A stretch of DNA of 64,000 bases from Clostridia bacterium (lineage in GTDB: Bacteria > Bacillota > Clostridia > Oscillospirales > Acutalibacteraceae), in contig JAFUIO010000020.1 in assembly GCA_017468425.1 (NCBI GenBank), positions 93,185 to 157,184 of the forward strand, read 5' to 3'. The translations under genes and the position numbers were made by a program. The notes beneath the pieces were generated by a model. That model made no database searches. It was given only the letters and a program-made list of their open reading frames with translations, and was not told the origin of the DNA. Below, in pieces: positions 1-10,900 of this stretch (its first letter is position 1; every line of letters begins with the position of its first letter).

Positions 1-498
1 GGTTGCTGGGTTCCTTTCAATGAAGGTTGGGGACAGTTTGATGCAAAGAGAATTGCAGAAAAGGTTAAGGCAATTGACCCTTCTCGTATTGTTGACCATG
101 CAAGCGGATGGTTTGACCAGAAGGGTGGCGACCTTAGAAGTATGCATAGATACGTTGTTCCTGTTACAAAAGGTAAGCCTGATGACAGAGCATTTGTACT
201 TTCTGAATTCGGCGGTTATTCACGTATAGTGGCTGACCATACAATGGATGAAAATAAAGCTTTTGGTTATCTGATGTATAAGAATAAGAAATCTCTCACA
301 AAAGCGTACGAAAAATTGTTCAATAAACAGATAATTCCGCTTGTAAGTAAGGGATTGAGTGCAGTTGTTTATACACAGCTCAGCGACGTTGAAAACGAAA
401 CAAACGGCATTATGACATATGACCGTGATATTATGAAACTTGATAAAGAAACAATTATCAAGCTTAATAAACGATTGTTTTCAATTCTTGTAAGATAG
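1..498 (+). CDS. Glycoside hydrolase family 2-like protein, C-terminal fragment (5' end lies outside the window)
   Basis: Frame 1 is open from base 1. The translation (WVPFNEGWGQ ... LSEFGG ... YTQLSDVENETNG) resembles the catalytic TIM-barrel end of GH2 enzymes. Confidence 0.55.
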   Translation, partial: GCWVPFNEGWGQFDAKRIAEKVKAIDPSRIVDHASGWFDQKGGDLRSMHRYVVPVTKGKPDDRAFVLSEFGGYSRIVADHTMDENKAFGYLMYKNKKSLTKAYEKLFNKQIIPLVSKGLSAVVYTQLSDVENETNGIMTYDRDIMKLDKETIIKLNKRLFSILVR

Positions 499-509
499 GG
501 TGAAAAAAC

Positions 510-1508
510 TTGGCTATTAAATCAAGTTCAAAACAGAAGCTTTTAAGCCTTATTGATATTTTTGAAAAGTTAACAGATGAAAATAATATCATTTCAACAA
601 ACGAAATTGTTGAGGAATTGGCTAAACGTGGTATGACTGCGGAACGTAAATCTATTTATGCAGATATCGCTTTGCTCATAGATAACGGGTATGATATTAT
701 CAAAGTCAAAACTCCGAAATCAGGGTATTTTTTAGCTTCACGTAATTTTCAGTTTCCGGAAGTAAGGTTGATTGTTGATGCTGTGCAGTCAGCGGATTTT
801 ATTACACCGAAAAAAACTGAAGAATTGATTGAAAAAATCGGAACACTTGTCAGTGAGGATCAGTTCCAGATGCTTAAAAGTCAGTTAAGCATATCCAATC
901 GTGTAAAAACGATGAATGAAGAAATTTTCTACACAATTGATGTGCTTAACCGTGCAATAGAAGAAAAAAAGCAGGTGTCATTCAATTATATCAGGCATAA
1001 AATCGAAGCAGGAAAAAAGATAGTTATGGCATCGCGTGAGTTTGTTGTTAATCCGTACGCTCTTGTATGGTCAAATGACCACTATTACCTCATCTGCAAC
1101 AATCCGAAATATGATAACCTTATGCATACAAGGCTTGACAGAATGAGAAAAGTAAAGATTGTCAATACACCTGCGCGTTCATTTGAAGAGGTTTCTGAAT
1201 ATAAAGGCGAATTTGATGTTGCAGATTATTCCAACAAAATGTTCAATATGTTTTCGGGCAAGCTTTGCGAGATTGAAATTGTCTGTAAAAATGATATGCT
1301 GGAAGATATTGTTGACAGATTCGGTGAAAATGCAACAATACGAAATGAAGACAGTAACAGATTTTATTTAAGAGCTCAGGTTGCATTGAGTGAAGGATTT
1401 GTTTCCTGGCTTATGCAATACAGAAATTCTGTTTATGTCAGAAAACCTGAAGAACTCCGCAATCATCTTAAGGAGAAAGCTCAGGAGATTATCGATTTGT
1501 ATAATTAA
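510..1508 (+). CDS. WYL-domain transcriptional regulator (N-terminal HTH, central WYL, C-terminal WCX-like region)
   Basis: TTG start 7 nt after AGGGTGA. N-terminal winged-HTH-like segment (ISTNEIVEELAKRGMTAERKSIYADIALL). Central region VNPYALVWSNDHYYLIC is typical of WYL domains. Confidence 0.75.
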   Translation: MAIKSSSKQKLLSLIDIFEKLTDENNIISTNEIVEELAKRGMTAERKSIYADIALLIDNGYDIIKVKTPKSGYFLASRNFQFPEVRLIVDAVQSADFITPKKTEELIEKIGTLVSEDQFQMLKSQLSISNRVKTMNEEIFYTIDVLNRAIEEKKQVSFNYIRHKIEAGKKIVMASREFVVNPYALVWSNDHYYLICNNPKYDNLMHTRLDRMRKVKIVNTPARSFEEVSEYKGEFDVADYSNKMFNMFSGKLCEIEIVCKNDMLEDIVDRFGENATIRNEDSNRFYLRAQVALSEGFVSWLMQYRNSVYVRKPEELRNHLKEKAQEIIDLYN

Positions 1509-1518
1509 GTCAATTTTG

Positions 1519-1547
1519 TTGACTGAGTTAAAAAATGATGATATAAT
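1519..1547 (+). promoter_or_regulatory. Sigma-70-type promoter for the kinase/GH4 pair
   Basis: TTGACT (1519-1524), 17-nt spacer, TATAAT (1542-1547). Confidence 0.6.
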
Positions 1548-1584
1548 AATTTATTGAAATTTGGAAAAAGTTAGGAGAATGTTT

Positions 1585-2526
1585 ATGTCATTTTACATTG
1601 GTGTCGACGGCGGCGGAACAAAAACTGCTTATGCACTTTTCGACGAAGAAAAAAATATTGTTGCTGAAGTGAAAACTGAAGGCAGTAACCATGAAAATCT
1701 TGAAGGTAGTTTTGATGAAGCTGCAACAATTATCTGGAGCGGTATTACAAAGTTGCTTGAGGCAGGCAATGTAACACTTGATGACATCGGCTTCACACTT
1801 ATGGGTCTTGCAGGTATTGACCATCCTTATCAGCATGACGAAATGTGCGGACAGATGACCAAGAGAGGTCTTAAGAATTTTGAAATTTTCAATGACGGAT
1901 TTATAGTTGTAAAAGCAGGTGCAACAGGTAAAGCTGCTATAGGTTATAACTGTGGCACAGGTACATGCTGTAATGCTATTGACCTTGATGGTAAAATGGT
2001 TCAGCTTGGCGGTTTCAGTGAGTTTTCAGACGATAAAGGAAACGGCACATGGGTTGCAACAAAATCATTCAAGCTTATATATGATGAACTTGTGCTTGGT
2101 CTTGAAAAAACAGCAATGACTGAAATGTTCAAAAAAGAATTCGGCGTTAATACAAAAGAAGAATTTTTAGGTACACTTGCAATGGCTGAAAACGAAGAAA
2201 GAGGCAGATTTATTATGAATCTTATCGATTTCTTCTTTGCAGCTTCAAAAATGGGTGATAAACCTGTTCTTAAAGCTATTGACGAAATGTCAGAAAGAGG
2301 AGCTGACTACATAGTTTCTCACCTTAATTCTCTTAATTTCGGTGACGATGAAGTTGAAGTTGTTCTTTCAGGCTCAATCCATACAAAACTTCCGAACGAA
2401 GTTTATCTTGATTGCCTTAAAAAGAAAATTGCTGAACGTTCAGATAAAAAAATAAAATATATCAAGCTTACACAGGCTCCTGTTACAGGTTGTGTAAACT
2501 GGATTTTTCAGGAATATAAAAACTAA
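1585..2526 (+). CDS. BadF/BadG/BcrA/BcrD-type ATPase, N-acetylglucosamine-kinase-like sugar kinase
   Basis: Phosphate-1 motif FYIGVDGGGTKT at the N-terminus. AGGAGA RBS 6 nt upstream of ATG 1585; the TTG at 1561 given by the ORF track is unlikely to be the start. Confidence 0.7.
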   Translation: MSFYIGVDGGGTKTAYALFDEEKNIVAEVKTEGSNHENLEGSFDEAATIIWSGITKLLEAGNVTLDDIGFTLMGLAGIDHPYQHDEMCGQMTKRGLKNFEIFNDGFIVVKAGATGKAAIGYNCGTGTCCNAIDLDGKMVQLGGFSEFSDDKGNGTWVATKSFKLIYDELVLGLEKTAMTEMFKKEFGVNTKEEFLGTLAMAENEERGRFIMNLIDFFFAASKMGDKPVLKAIDEMSERGADYIVSHLNSLNFGDDEVEVVLSGSIHTKLPNEVYLDCLKKKIAERSDKKIKYIKLTQAPVTGCVNWIFQEYKN

Positions 2527-2538
2527 GGAGAATGCAAA

Positions 2539-3819
2539 ATGAAAGAAATTAATGTTGCAGTTATCGGTTCAGGCAGCACATATTGCCCCGAACTTCTTGA
2601 CGGCTTTATTAACGCACAGGATTCACTTAAACTTAAAAAAGTATCTTTTATGGATATTGACGTAAGAAAACGTACAATTGTTGGTGACCTCTGCGTTCGT
2701 ATGCTTAAAAAAGCAGGTATTGATTGTGAAACAGTTTTCACAGATGACCTTGAAGTAGCTCTCCAGGGTGCAGATTTCGTTCTTACACAGATGCGTGTAG
2801 GTAAACTTCCCGCAAGACATCTTGATGAAATTATCCCCGTTAAGTATGGTCTTATCGGTCAGGAAACAACAGGTATCGGTGGTTTCTTCAAAGCACTCCG
2901 TACTATTCCTGAAATTCAGAAAATCACTGATTGTATGGAAAGAATCTGTCCTGATGCATGGCTTATCAACTTCACAAATCCCTCAGGTATCATCACAGAA
3001 TTCCTTCTTAATCACACAAAGGTAAAAGCAATCGGTCTTTGCAATGTGCCCATTGATATGATTGACGATGTTAAGGAAATCACAGGTCCTGACTCTGAAG
3101 TTACATATGTTGGTCTCAACCATTTAAGCTGGATTACTTCAATCGTTAAAGACGGTGAAGAGCTTCTTCCCAAACTCATTGAAGAAGGTTTCTCACCCAA
3201 AGTTATGGCTAATATCAAGGATGACGGTTTCTCACTTGAATGCCTTAAAGCTATTGAAGGTATTCCTTCATCATATCTTCAGTATTACTATAACAGAAAC
3301 GCTAAAATTGAGCACCTTAAAGAAGATAAAAAGAGCCGTGCAATGGTTTGTATGGAAATCGAAGAAGATTTGCTTAAAATGTATAGTGATGAAGAACTCT
3401 GCATTAAACCTGCACTTCTCGACAAACGTGGCGGACATAAATATTCACTTGCTGCAGTTTCACTTATTGATTCAATTGCAAATGATAAAAGAGATGTTCA
3501 CGTTGTTAATATCAAAAATGACGGTACACTTCCCTTTATGGAAGATGATGACGTTGTTGAAATCAGTGCAGTAATCGGTGCTGACGGCGCAACTCCCGTT
3601 CCTGTTAAGAAAAAGACAAACAGACATATGCAGGGTCTTATGCAGTCTGTAAAAGCTTATGAAAAATATGCTGTTGAAGCAGCACTTAACGGTGACGACG
3701 AAGCAGCAATGAAAGCACTTATGGTTCATCCGCTTATCGGCGATTACGAAAATGCAAAAGCTTGCTACGAAGAAATGAAAGTAGCACACAGAAATTATCT
3801 TGACAGATTTTATAAATAA
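2539..3819 (+). CDS. GH4 family 6-phospho-beta-glucosidase (NAD/Mn-dependent, LicH/CelF-like)
   Basis: N-terminal Rossmann motif VIGSGSTYCPEL. GQETTGIGGFFKALRTIP and NFTNPSG...GLCNVP closely match B. subtilis LicH as recalled. AAGGAG RBS. Confidence 0.85.
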   Translation: MKEINVAVIGSGSTYCPELLDGFINAQDSLKLKKVSFMDIDVRKRTIVGDLCVRMLKKAGIDCETVFTDDLEVALQGADFVLTQMRVGKLPARHLDEIIPVKYGLIGQETTGIGGFFKALRTIPEIQKITDCMERICPDAWLINFTNPSGIITEFLLNHTKVKAIGLCNVPIDMIDDVKEITGPDSEVTYVGLNHLSWITSIVKDGEELLPKLIEEGFSPKVMANIKDDGFSLECLKAIEGIPSSYLQYYYNRNAKIEHLKEDKKSRAMVCMEIEEDLLKMYSDEELCIKPALLDKRGGHKYSLAAVSLIDSIANDKRDVHVVNIKNDGTLPFMEDDDVVEISAVIGADGATPVPVKKKTNRHMQGLMQSVKAYEKYAVEAALNGDDEAAMKALMVHPLIGDYENAKACYEEMKVAHRNYLDRFYK

Positions 3820-3830
3820 TTAAAATGAAA

Positions 3831-3865
3831 GGACTGTATCAATAAATTAAATCTTGATACAGTCC
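3831..3865. terminator. Bidirectional rho-independent terminator between convergent genes
   Basis: 12-bp stem GGACTGTATCAA / TTGATACAGTCC, flanked by A-run and T-run. Confidence 0.75.
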
Positions 3866-3870
3866 TGTTT

Positions 3871-4818
3871 TCAGTTTACAACGTTTATTGGTTTTCCTTG
3901 AATAAAAGCTTTTATATTTTGTTTTGTTACTTCCATAAGTCTTTCTCTTGTTTCTTTAGCAGCCCAGGCAATATGCGGGGTAACGAGAGCGTTTTCAAGG
4001 CTTGTGATTTTGTCATCTGTTGGTGGTTCATTCAGAAGCACATCAAGTCCTGCACCTGCAATTATTTTGTTTTCAAGTGCATATTTTAATGCATCTTCGT
4101 CAACGGTAGCACCACGGGAGGTGTTTATGAAGTAAGCAGTGTTTTTCATTTTTTTGAAAAATTCTTCATTTGTCATTCCTGTCGTTTTATCAGTAAGAGG
4201 GCAGTGAAGGCTTACAAAGTCTGATTTTTCAAGCAAAGTGTCAACATCGCAGAATTTTATGCTTTCCGTATCTTCACCGGGATGATTTGTATTAACAAGT
4301 ATATTCATTGAAAAAGCTTCTGCAATTTTTGCAACGGCTTTACCTATTGAACCATATCCGATAATTCCCAGTGTCTTGCCTGCAAGCTCTGTTAATGGTG
4401 CTGCCATATAGCAGAAATGTTTGCAATTCTGCCAATCTCCGTTATGTGTTGAAATTGTATGCTCTTTCACACGTGAAGCAAATTGCAGAATAAATGCAAA
4501 AGTAAGCTGTGCAACGGAGTTTGTGCTGTACGCAGGCACATTTGAAACGGGAATGTTTCTTTCACGTGCGTAGTAAATATCGGTTATGTTGTAGCCTGTG
4601 CTCAGTAAATCAATAAATTTAACGTCAGGCAGTTTTTCGAGAATATCCTTTCCTAAAGGTGTTTTGTTTGTAATTACTATGTCAGCGCCTTTGCAACGCG
4701 GAAGAATATCTTCTTTATCTGTTCTGTCGTAAACTGTATATTCGCCGTATTCACCAAGCCAATCCCAACTTAAATCTCCGGGATTTACGGTGTATCCGTC
4801 AAGAATAATAATTTTCAT
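3871..4818 (-). CDS. D-isomer-specific 2-hydroxyacid dehydrogenase (glycerate dehydrogenase-like)
   Basis: NAD-binding GIIGYGSIGKAVA. Catalytic region NTSRG...D and PHIAW, typical of the family. Confidence 0.8.
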   Translation of the reverse strand: MKIIILDGYTVNPGDLSWDWLGEYGEYTVYDRTDKEDILPRCKGADIVITNKTPLGKDILEKLPDVKFIDLLSTGYNITDIYYARERNIPVSNVPAYSTNSVAQLTFAFILQFASRVKEHTISTHNGDWQNCKHFCYMAAPLTELAGKTLGIIGYGSIGKAVAKIAEAFSMNILVNTNHPGEDTESIKFCDVDTLLEKSDFVSLHCPLTDKTTGMTNEEFFKKMKNTAYFINTSRGATVDEDALKYALENKIIAGAGLDVLLNEPPTDDKITSLENALVTPHIAWAAKETRERLMEVTKQNIKAFIQGKPINVVN

Positions 4819-4897
4819 AAAAAACCTCTTTTCTGCAAATTTTCACATATAATTATATAGGTTATATGTTTTAAATTCAATATTCAGGCGGTAATTT

Positions 4898-5647
4898 ATG
4901 CAGAAAAGTTTTTGTTTTAAAATAAAAAAACCGGATTTAATGACACTTACTGCGGTGTTGTTAATACTGATTGGTATTATCCTGTTCATATTTTTGATGT
5001 TTTTTAAGATATCAACTCTGGAAAATTGGTATGAACAATATCAGCATTTTCTTGATAATCTTGAAATGCGTGTTGTTGCTCTGGGTGGGAAACAGATAAT
5101 TATTGTTTCGGTATTATTCCTTTTTTCTTTGAAATCAGTTTTACCCATACCTGTTTTCCCCATTTCTTGTGTTTGTGTTATTTCGTCAATGGTCTTTAAT
5201 TCAGCGGCATCATTTTTTGTGAATTTATCAGGGTTTGCTTTGCTGTTTTCTTTAAGATATTATATCGGTCGGGGCGAAAAGACATTTTCATACAGATTTT
5301 TAAAGAGCTACGATGCAATATGGAAATTTCTTGAAAATGATTCAAAAGGAAATCCGTGGATTCTGCTCGGATGCAGAATGATTCCATTGTTTCCTGTAAA
5401 TACAGTCAGCAATATTTACGGCAGTATGAGATATGATTTTTGCAGATATTTGCTTCTGTCGTTGCTCGGATTTCTGCCTAAAATAATTTCATATACTATT
5501 ATAGGACGCAACGCGTTCAATCCTTTTTCAGCATCTTTTATTGTACCTCTGATGCTATCGTGTATGTTTTCGGGGGTTGGATTGCTGTTGACAAGAAGAA
5601 TAATTTTAATCATCAGGAAGAAAGGTGAAGAAGATGTTAAAATCTAA
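4898..5647 (+). CDS. TVP38/TMEM64 (VTT/DedA-like) integral membrane protein
   Basis: Five or six hydrophobic segments. RMIPLFPVNTVSNIYGS resembles the VTT-domain core. Confidence 0.55.
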   Translation: MQKSFCFKIKKPDLMTLTAVLLILIGIILFIFLMFFKISTLENWYEQYQHFLDNLEMRVVALGGKQIIIVSVLFLFSLKSVLPIPVFPISCVCVISSMVFNSAASFFVNLSGFALLFSLRYYIGRGEKTFSYRFLKSYDAIWKFLENDSKGNPWILLGCRMIPLFPVNTVSNIYGSMRYDFCRYLLLSLLGFLPKIISYTIIGRNAFNPFSASFIVPLMLSCMFSGVGLLLTRRIILIIRKKGEEDVKI

Positions 5648-6908
5648 AATTAATTCAGGTGCTTATGATAATGAACTCAAAAGAGTTTATGTAAGCGATG
5701 CTTCTGTGCTTGAACAGAGAGAAAGATATATAAATCTTGCAACTCTTTTTGAAGAAGAATACGGCAAGAATGATGCACTTTCTTTTTATAGTGCACCGGG
5801 CAGAACAGAGGTTTGCGGCAATCACACTGACCACAATAACGGCAAAGTTCTTGCTGCAGCAGTTAACCTTGATGCCGTTGCTGTTTGTGCAAAGAAAGAC
5901 GGTAATATAACAAGAGTTAAATCTGTAGGTTATGATATGGATACTGTAGACATTACAGATATGAATGTTCACGAAGATGCTTACGGAACTTCTTGTGAAC
6001 TTATCAGAGGTATGTATGCAGGCTTCATTGAAAGAGGTTACAATGTAGGTGCATTTGACGCCTATACTACTTCCTCGGTTCTTTCAGGTTCAGGTCTTTC
6101 AAGTTCTGCAGCTTTTGAAGTTCTCATCGGTACAGTGCTTAACCATATGTTTAATGACGGAAAAATATCTCCCGTTGAAATTGCACAGATTGCTCAGTTC
6201 TCAGAAAATAAATATTTCGGTAAACCTTGCGGACTTATGGACCAGATGGCTTCATCCGTTGGCGGTTTTGTTAAAATTGATTTCAAAGACACAAAAGAAC
6301 CTGTTATTACAAAACTTGATTTTGATTTTGCATCATGCGGTCACGCTCTCTGTATTGTAAATACAGGCGGTAGCCACGCTGATCTTACACCTGAATACGG
6401 TGCAGTAAGAAGTGAAATGGAATCTGCAGCTGCAGTTTTCGGTAAGAAAGTTTTAAGAGAAGTTTGTCCTGAAGAATTCTACAAAAATGTTGCACTTGTA
6501 CGTGAAAAAGCAGGGGACAGAGCTGTTCTTCGCGCAATGCACTTCTTCGCAGACAATGCACGTGTCGATTTTGAAGCAGATGCACTTAATAACGGTAATT
6601 TTGAATCATTCAAAAAAGGTGTTATCGAAAGCGGACGTTCATCATATATGTATAACCAGAATGTGTATCCTTCATCAGCACCTGATGATCAGCCCGTAAG
6701 CATCGGTCTTTGCGTAGCCGAAAGACTTCTTAAAGATGCAGGAGCATGGAGAGTTCACGGCGGAGGCTTTGCAGGCACAATGCAGGCTTTTGTTCCCGAA
6801 AACAAACTTGAAGAGTATTTATCAGAAATGAAGAGCATATTTGGCGAAAAAGCTTGTTATGTGTTGTCAATTCGTCCTTGCGGCGGTGTTAAAGTATTAG
6901 GAGAATAA
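5634..6908 (+). CDS. galK: Galactokinase (GHMP kinase)
   Basis: APGRTEVCGNHTDHNNG galactokinase signature and GSGLSSSAAFEV GHMP ATP motif. ATG 5634 preferred over GTG 5625. Overlaps the end of the upstream gene. Confidence 0.8.
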   Translation: MLKSKINSGAYDNELKRVYVSDASVLEQRERYINLATLFEEEYGKNDALSFYSAPGRTEVCGNHTDHNNGKVLAAAVNLDAVAVCAKKDGNITRVKSVGYDMDTVDITDMNVHEDAYGTSCELIRGMYAGFIERGYNVGAFDAYTTSSVLSGSGLSSSAAFEVLIGTVLNHMFNDGKISPVEIAQIAQFSENKYFGKPCGLMDQMASSVGGFVKIDFKDTKEPVITKLDFDFASCGHALCIVNTGGSHADLTPEYGAVRSEMESAAAVFGKKVLREVCPEEFYKNVALVREKAGDRAVLRAMHFFADNARVDFEADALNNGNFESFKKGVIESGRSSYMYNQNVYPSSAPDDQPVSIGLCVAERLLKDAGAWRVHGGGFAGTMQAFVPENKLEEYLSEMKSIFGEKACYVLSIRPCGGVKVLGE

Positions 6909-6912
6909 TGCT

Positions 6913-7737
6913 ATGAAGTGTGGAAGAATATATCTTTACGAAGACAGGCAAGATGTTTATCTTGATACATATGTAAGAGATACTTCACGTGAATATCCTA
7001 CAAATGTACGTCCCGGAATACTTGTTTTACCGGGTGGCGGATATGGGATGTGTTCTGACCGTGAGGCAGAGCCTATAGCTAACCAGTATCTTGCTGCAGG
7101 TTTAAGTTGCTTTGTTCTTCGTTATTCTGTTGGCGAAAACGCATCAAGAAAAATGCCTGAATTCAGCCAACCCTTACTTGATGCTTCTCTTGCAATGTCT
7201 ATTATCAGAAAAAACGCTGATGAATGGAATGTAGACTCAGATAAAATCGCTGTTATCGGCTTCTCTGCAGGTGGTCATCTGGCCGGAAGTCTTGCAACTA
7301 TGTGGAAGGATGAAGCAATCTGGAATGAACTTGATATTCCTGCAGAAAGTAATAAGCCGAATGCTGCAATTCTTGCTTATCCTGTTATAACGTTCGGTAA
7401 GCGTACTCACGGCGACACGAGAGATAATCTTCTCGGCAAATACTGTGATGATGAAGTTTTAGTTAAAAAATATTCACTTGAAAATAATGTAACTGCAGAT
7501 ACTCCGCCTACATTTATTATGCACACTGCAGAAGATGGTTCTGTTCCTGTTGTTAACTCGCTCAGCTTTGCAACAGCACTTTCAACAAATAATATTCCTT
7601 TCGAACTTCACGTGTTCCCGTTCGGCGGTCATGGAATGTCTACAGGCACTAAAGAAGTGTGCCATGAAGAGAATAAATATGCCGCAAGATGGGTGAAGCT
7701 TTCTGTAAAATGGTTAAAAAATACTTTTGATATGTAA
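6913..7737 (+). CDS. Alpha/beta-hydrolase esterase (acetyl-esterase/lipase-like)
   Basis: Oxyanion-hole LPGGGY and nucleophile elbow GFSAGGH. C-terminal FGGHG. Confidence 0.7.
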   Translation: MKCGRIYLYEDRQDVYLDTYVRDTSREYPTNVRPGILVLPGGGYGMCSDREAEPIANQYLAAGLSCFVLRYSVGENASRKMPEFSQPLLDASLAMSIIRKNADEWNVDSDKIAVIGFSAGGHLAGSLATMWKDEAIWNELDIPAESNKPNAAILAYPVITFGKRTHGDTRDNLLGKYCDDEVLVKKYSLENNVTADTPPTFIMHTAEDGSVPVVNSLSFATALSTNNIPFELHVFPFGGHGMSTGTKEVCHEENKYAARWVKLSVKWLKNTFDM

Positions 7738-7745
7738 TTATAAGA

Positions 7746-7777
7746 CCACTGATTTGTTTCCGAATCGGTGGTTTTTT
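7746..7777 (+). terminator. Rho-independent terminator after the esterase gene
   Basis: CCACTGATT / AATCGGTGG stem (one G-U pair) followed by TTTTTT. Confidence 0.7.
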
Positions 7778-7903
7778 CAGCTTTGTATAAAAAATAAAGT
7801 TTTTTTGATAAATTTTAATAAAAAAACATTGAAATTTTACTTAAATTGGTATATTATTATATGGGTATTTGTTTACCTAATTGAATCCTCTCGGAGGCAT
7901 GTT

Positions 7904-10900
7904 ATGAAATCAGTAAAATTCAAAAAAATTATCGTGTGCATTCTTGCACTTATTATGGCTATGAGCACAACTTCGGTTGTATCTCTCGCAGCAGATATCT
8001 GGTCAGGAGGTATATCTCAGGTTATACCTGCACAGACCAATGATGGATTTTATCTTATTCAGACAGCTGAAGACCTTGCGTGGTTTGCAAGTCAGGTTAA
8101 CGGTGATGCAGGTAATGCAACTATGAAAGCACGTCTGGTTAATGATATTTATCTTAATGATGTAGAGAATCTTGAAAACCCCAAAAGCTGGACTCCTATT
8201 GGTAACTATTCTGAAAACGGCAGAGTTTTTAGTGGCATTATTGATGGTAAAGGTTTTACCATTTATGGTTTGGTTATTGATAATACAAAAAATTATCAGG
8301 GCTTATGTGGTTATCTTGAAAACGGGCAGGTAAAAAATCTTAATCTTGTTTCAACTTATGTTTATGCCGAAAAGTTTGTAGGCGCTGTGTGTGGTTACGC
8401 GAATAACATGAGCTCAATTACTCAGGTTGTTGTAACAGACGGACACATCGTCGGCGGTGAAGATGTTGGTGGTATAGCAGGTTATCTCAAAGGTTCGGGT
8501 AATATCTCTTTCTGCGGTTTTGCAGGTGATATCAATGCCAGAGGTGTTCGTGTAGGCGGTATTGTCGGATGTTCATTTGACGAAAGTACAATTTCTCAGT
8601 CATATAATCTGGGTACTGTTTATTCTTCAACTAAGTTTGTTGGCGGTATTGCCGGTACAAACTCAGCAAGTAAAATTATCAGCTGCTATAACAGGGGTAA
8701 AGTTTCAGGTGATTTTCGTGTAGGCGGTATAGTCGGTAATAACGTTGGCGATATTGCTTCTTGCTATAATGCATCTGAGGTTGAATCAATTTCTGATCCT
8801 CCCGGACTTACAGGTGCTATTGCAGCTTACTACTATATGTCCAATATCACAGAATGTTATTATGATGCAGAACTTTTCACAGGTAAAGAAGATAATGGAT
8901 TACCTATGGCTTCTGATGAGATGAAACGTCATGGTTTTATTGCTGTACTCAATAGTTCGGCTGGTAACTTCTATTTTGACTATTTGCTGAAAAATAACGG
9001 ATATCCTATTATGTCATGGCAAGCTGACCAGAATTTGTGGGACGGCTCTGTTAAAGAACCGAAAAAATCAACTGATGGAAATTATTATCTTATCAATAAC
9101 GGACGTGAACTTGCATGGTTTGCAGGTCTTGTAAATGGTACACTTGAGGGTGTGCCGCAGAACACTGCTGCAAATGCTATGCTGCTTAACAGTATCGTGC
9201 TCAATGTTGGTAATTTAGGTGAGGATTCAAACATATGGACTCCTATCGGATCTGAATTCAGTGAATATACAGGTGAATTCTCAGGTAATGGTTTCAGCAT
9301 TCGTGGTATGTACATACCTGAAGGTGATGTAGTTGGTCTTTTCGGTGCCACAAGTGCAACTGCTGAAATTACCGATCTTACTATCACAGAATCAGTTATC
9401 AACGGCGGCAATGCGGTTGCTCCTGTTGTTGGTGTCAATTTTGGTACAATACGTGGTATAAAGGTTATTTATTCGACTGTAAACGGTGTTGAAAATGTTG
9501 GTGGTATCGTTGGTGAAAATGGTAACTTCGGACAGATTACCGAATCATCCAGCATTTATTCAGATATAACAGGTGAAAATAATGTAGGTGGCATTGTTGG
9601 TTATGCTCTGATTGACTCAGTTATTGAAACTTGTTGCTCATATAACGATGTTGCAGGACAGCAGGCGGTTGGCGGTGTTGTTGGTGAAACAGAAGCAAAT
9701 ATTTCACGTTCATTCAACGCAGGAAGTGTTGTTGCAGATGATACTTATGCAGGTGGTGTTGCCGGCAGAATAAGCGGCGGTGCAATTGTTTCCAACTGCT
9801 ATAATACAGGTTCTGTTTCAGCGGCATCAAGAGCAGGCGGTATTGCAGGTCAGCTCAGACAGCAGAGTACAATTGATTGTACTTATTCAATCGGCAATGT
9901 TTTAGGCATAGACGGCAGCACAGATAATATTAATGCTATACTTGGTAATCTTGTAAACGGTACAATTACCAACTCGTATTTTGATAAAGAAAGGTATGCT
10001 GTCACTGATTCATATGCAACCGGTCTCAGAACAAAACAAATGACAGGTTCCGGAGCAATGTCAAACCTTTCAGGCTTTTCTCATGAGTATTGGGTTCCTA
10101 CTGCAGACACTGAATTCTTTGTAAACTATCCTCAGCTTGATACTTTTAATTCATCTGCTGACTACGATTTGTATGATATTTCAGTTGAAAGTGTTCAGTA
10201 TCTCAAAGAGGGTCTTGTTTGTAAAGTTATCGGCGTTAATGAAACTTCATATTATAAAACTCTTGCTGAAGCTGCAGCAAAAATCGGTGCCGGTTCAGGT
10301 ATAGTTGAAGTAATGGCTGACCTTACAGTAGGCTCAGAGGTTGTTATTGAAGGTAATGTTACAATTATACCGTCAGGTGAAAATATCAAGGTTACAAGAG
10401 TGAAGCATTATTTTGGACAGGTATTTACAGTAAAAGATGGCGGTGTACTCAACTTCGGTGCAGATGATGATACATATGCAACACTTACGATAGACGGTAA
10501 TAATGTTACAGACATCACTAACAGTAATTTTGCAAGTTCTCTTGTTACTGTTGAGGATGGCGGTACATTTAACTGTTATGACATAAATACATACAACAAT
10601 ACTGCACTTAATGGTGGATTTGTATACAATCAGGGTACAACTAATTTCTATGGCGGAACTATAACCGATGGTACTGCTATTCAGGCAGGTGGCGTGATTT
10701 ACAACAAAGGTGATATGAATATCTATGCTGTTGAAATGTCAAATAACAGCGCTAAACTTGCCGGTGGTGTACTCTTTTCGGCAGGCGGCGTTGTGAATGT
10801 TGAAACAGGTGCCGATATTCATAACAATACATCAGGTGAAGGCGGCGCAATTTATGCCGGCGGTGGTACTGTAAATGTCCGCGGCGGCTCAATCTACCTT

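Noticed and set aside
7727-7903. N-terminal 59-codon extension of the large ORF given by the ORF track (start 7727).
   Set aside because: It begins inside the esterase stop region and runs through a rho-independent terminator (7746-7777) and an AT-rich promoter region. ATG 7904 has a GGAGG RBS and opens a textbook signal peptide.
9085-9438. Antisense or alternative-frame ORFs of 100-170 aa inside long genes. Examples: 9085-9438, 15027-15527, 32513-32923, 33282-33707, 34771-35202, 43162-43596, 48198-48668, 53967-54425.
   Set aside because: All are nested in genes with strong homology-type signals in another frame. None has an RBS, and the compositions are frame-shadow artefacts.
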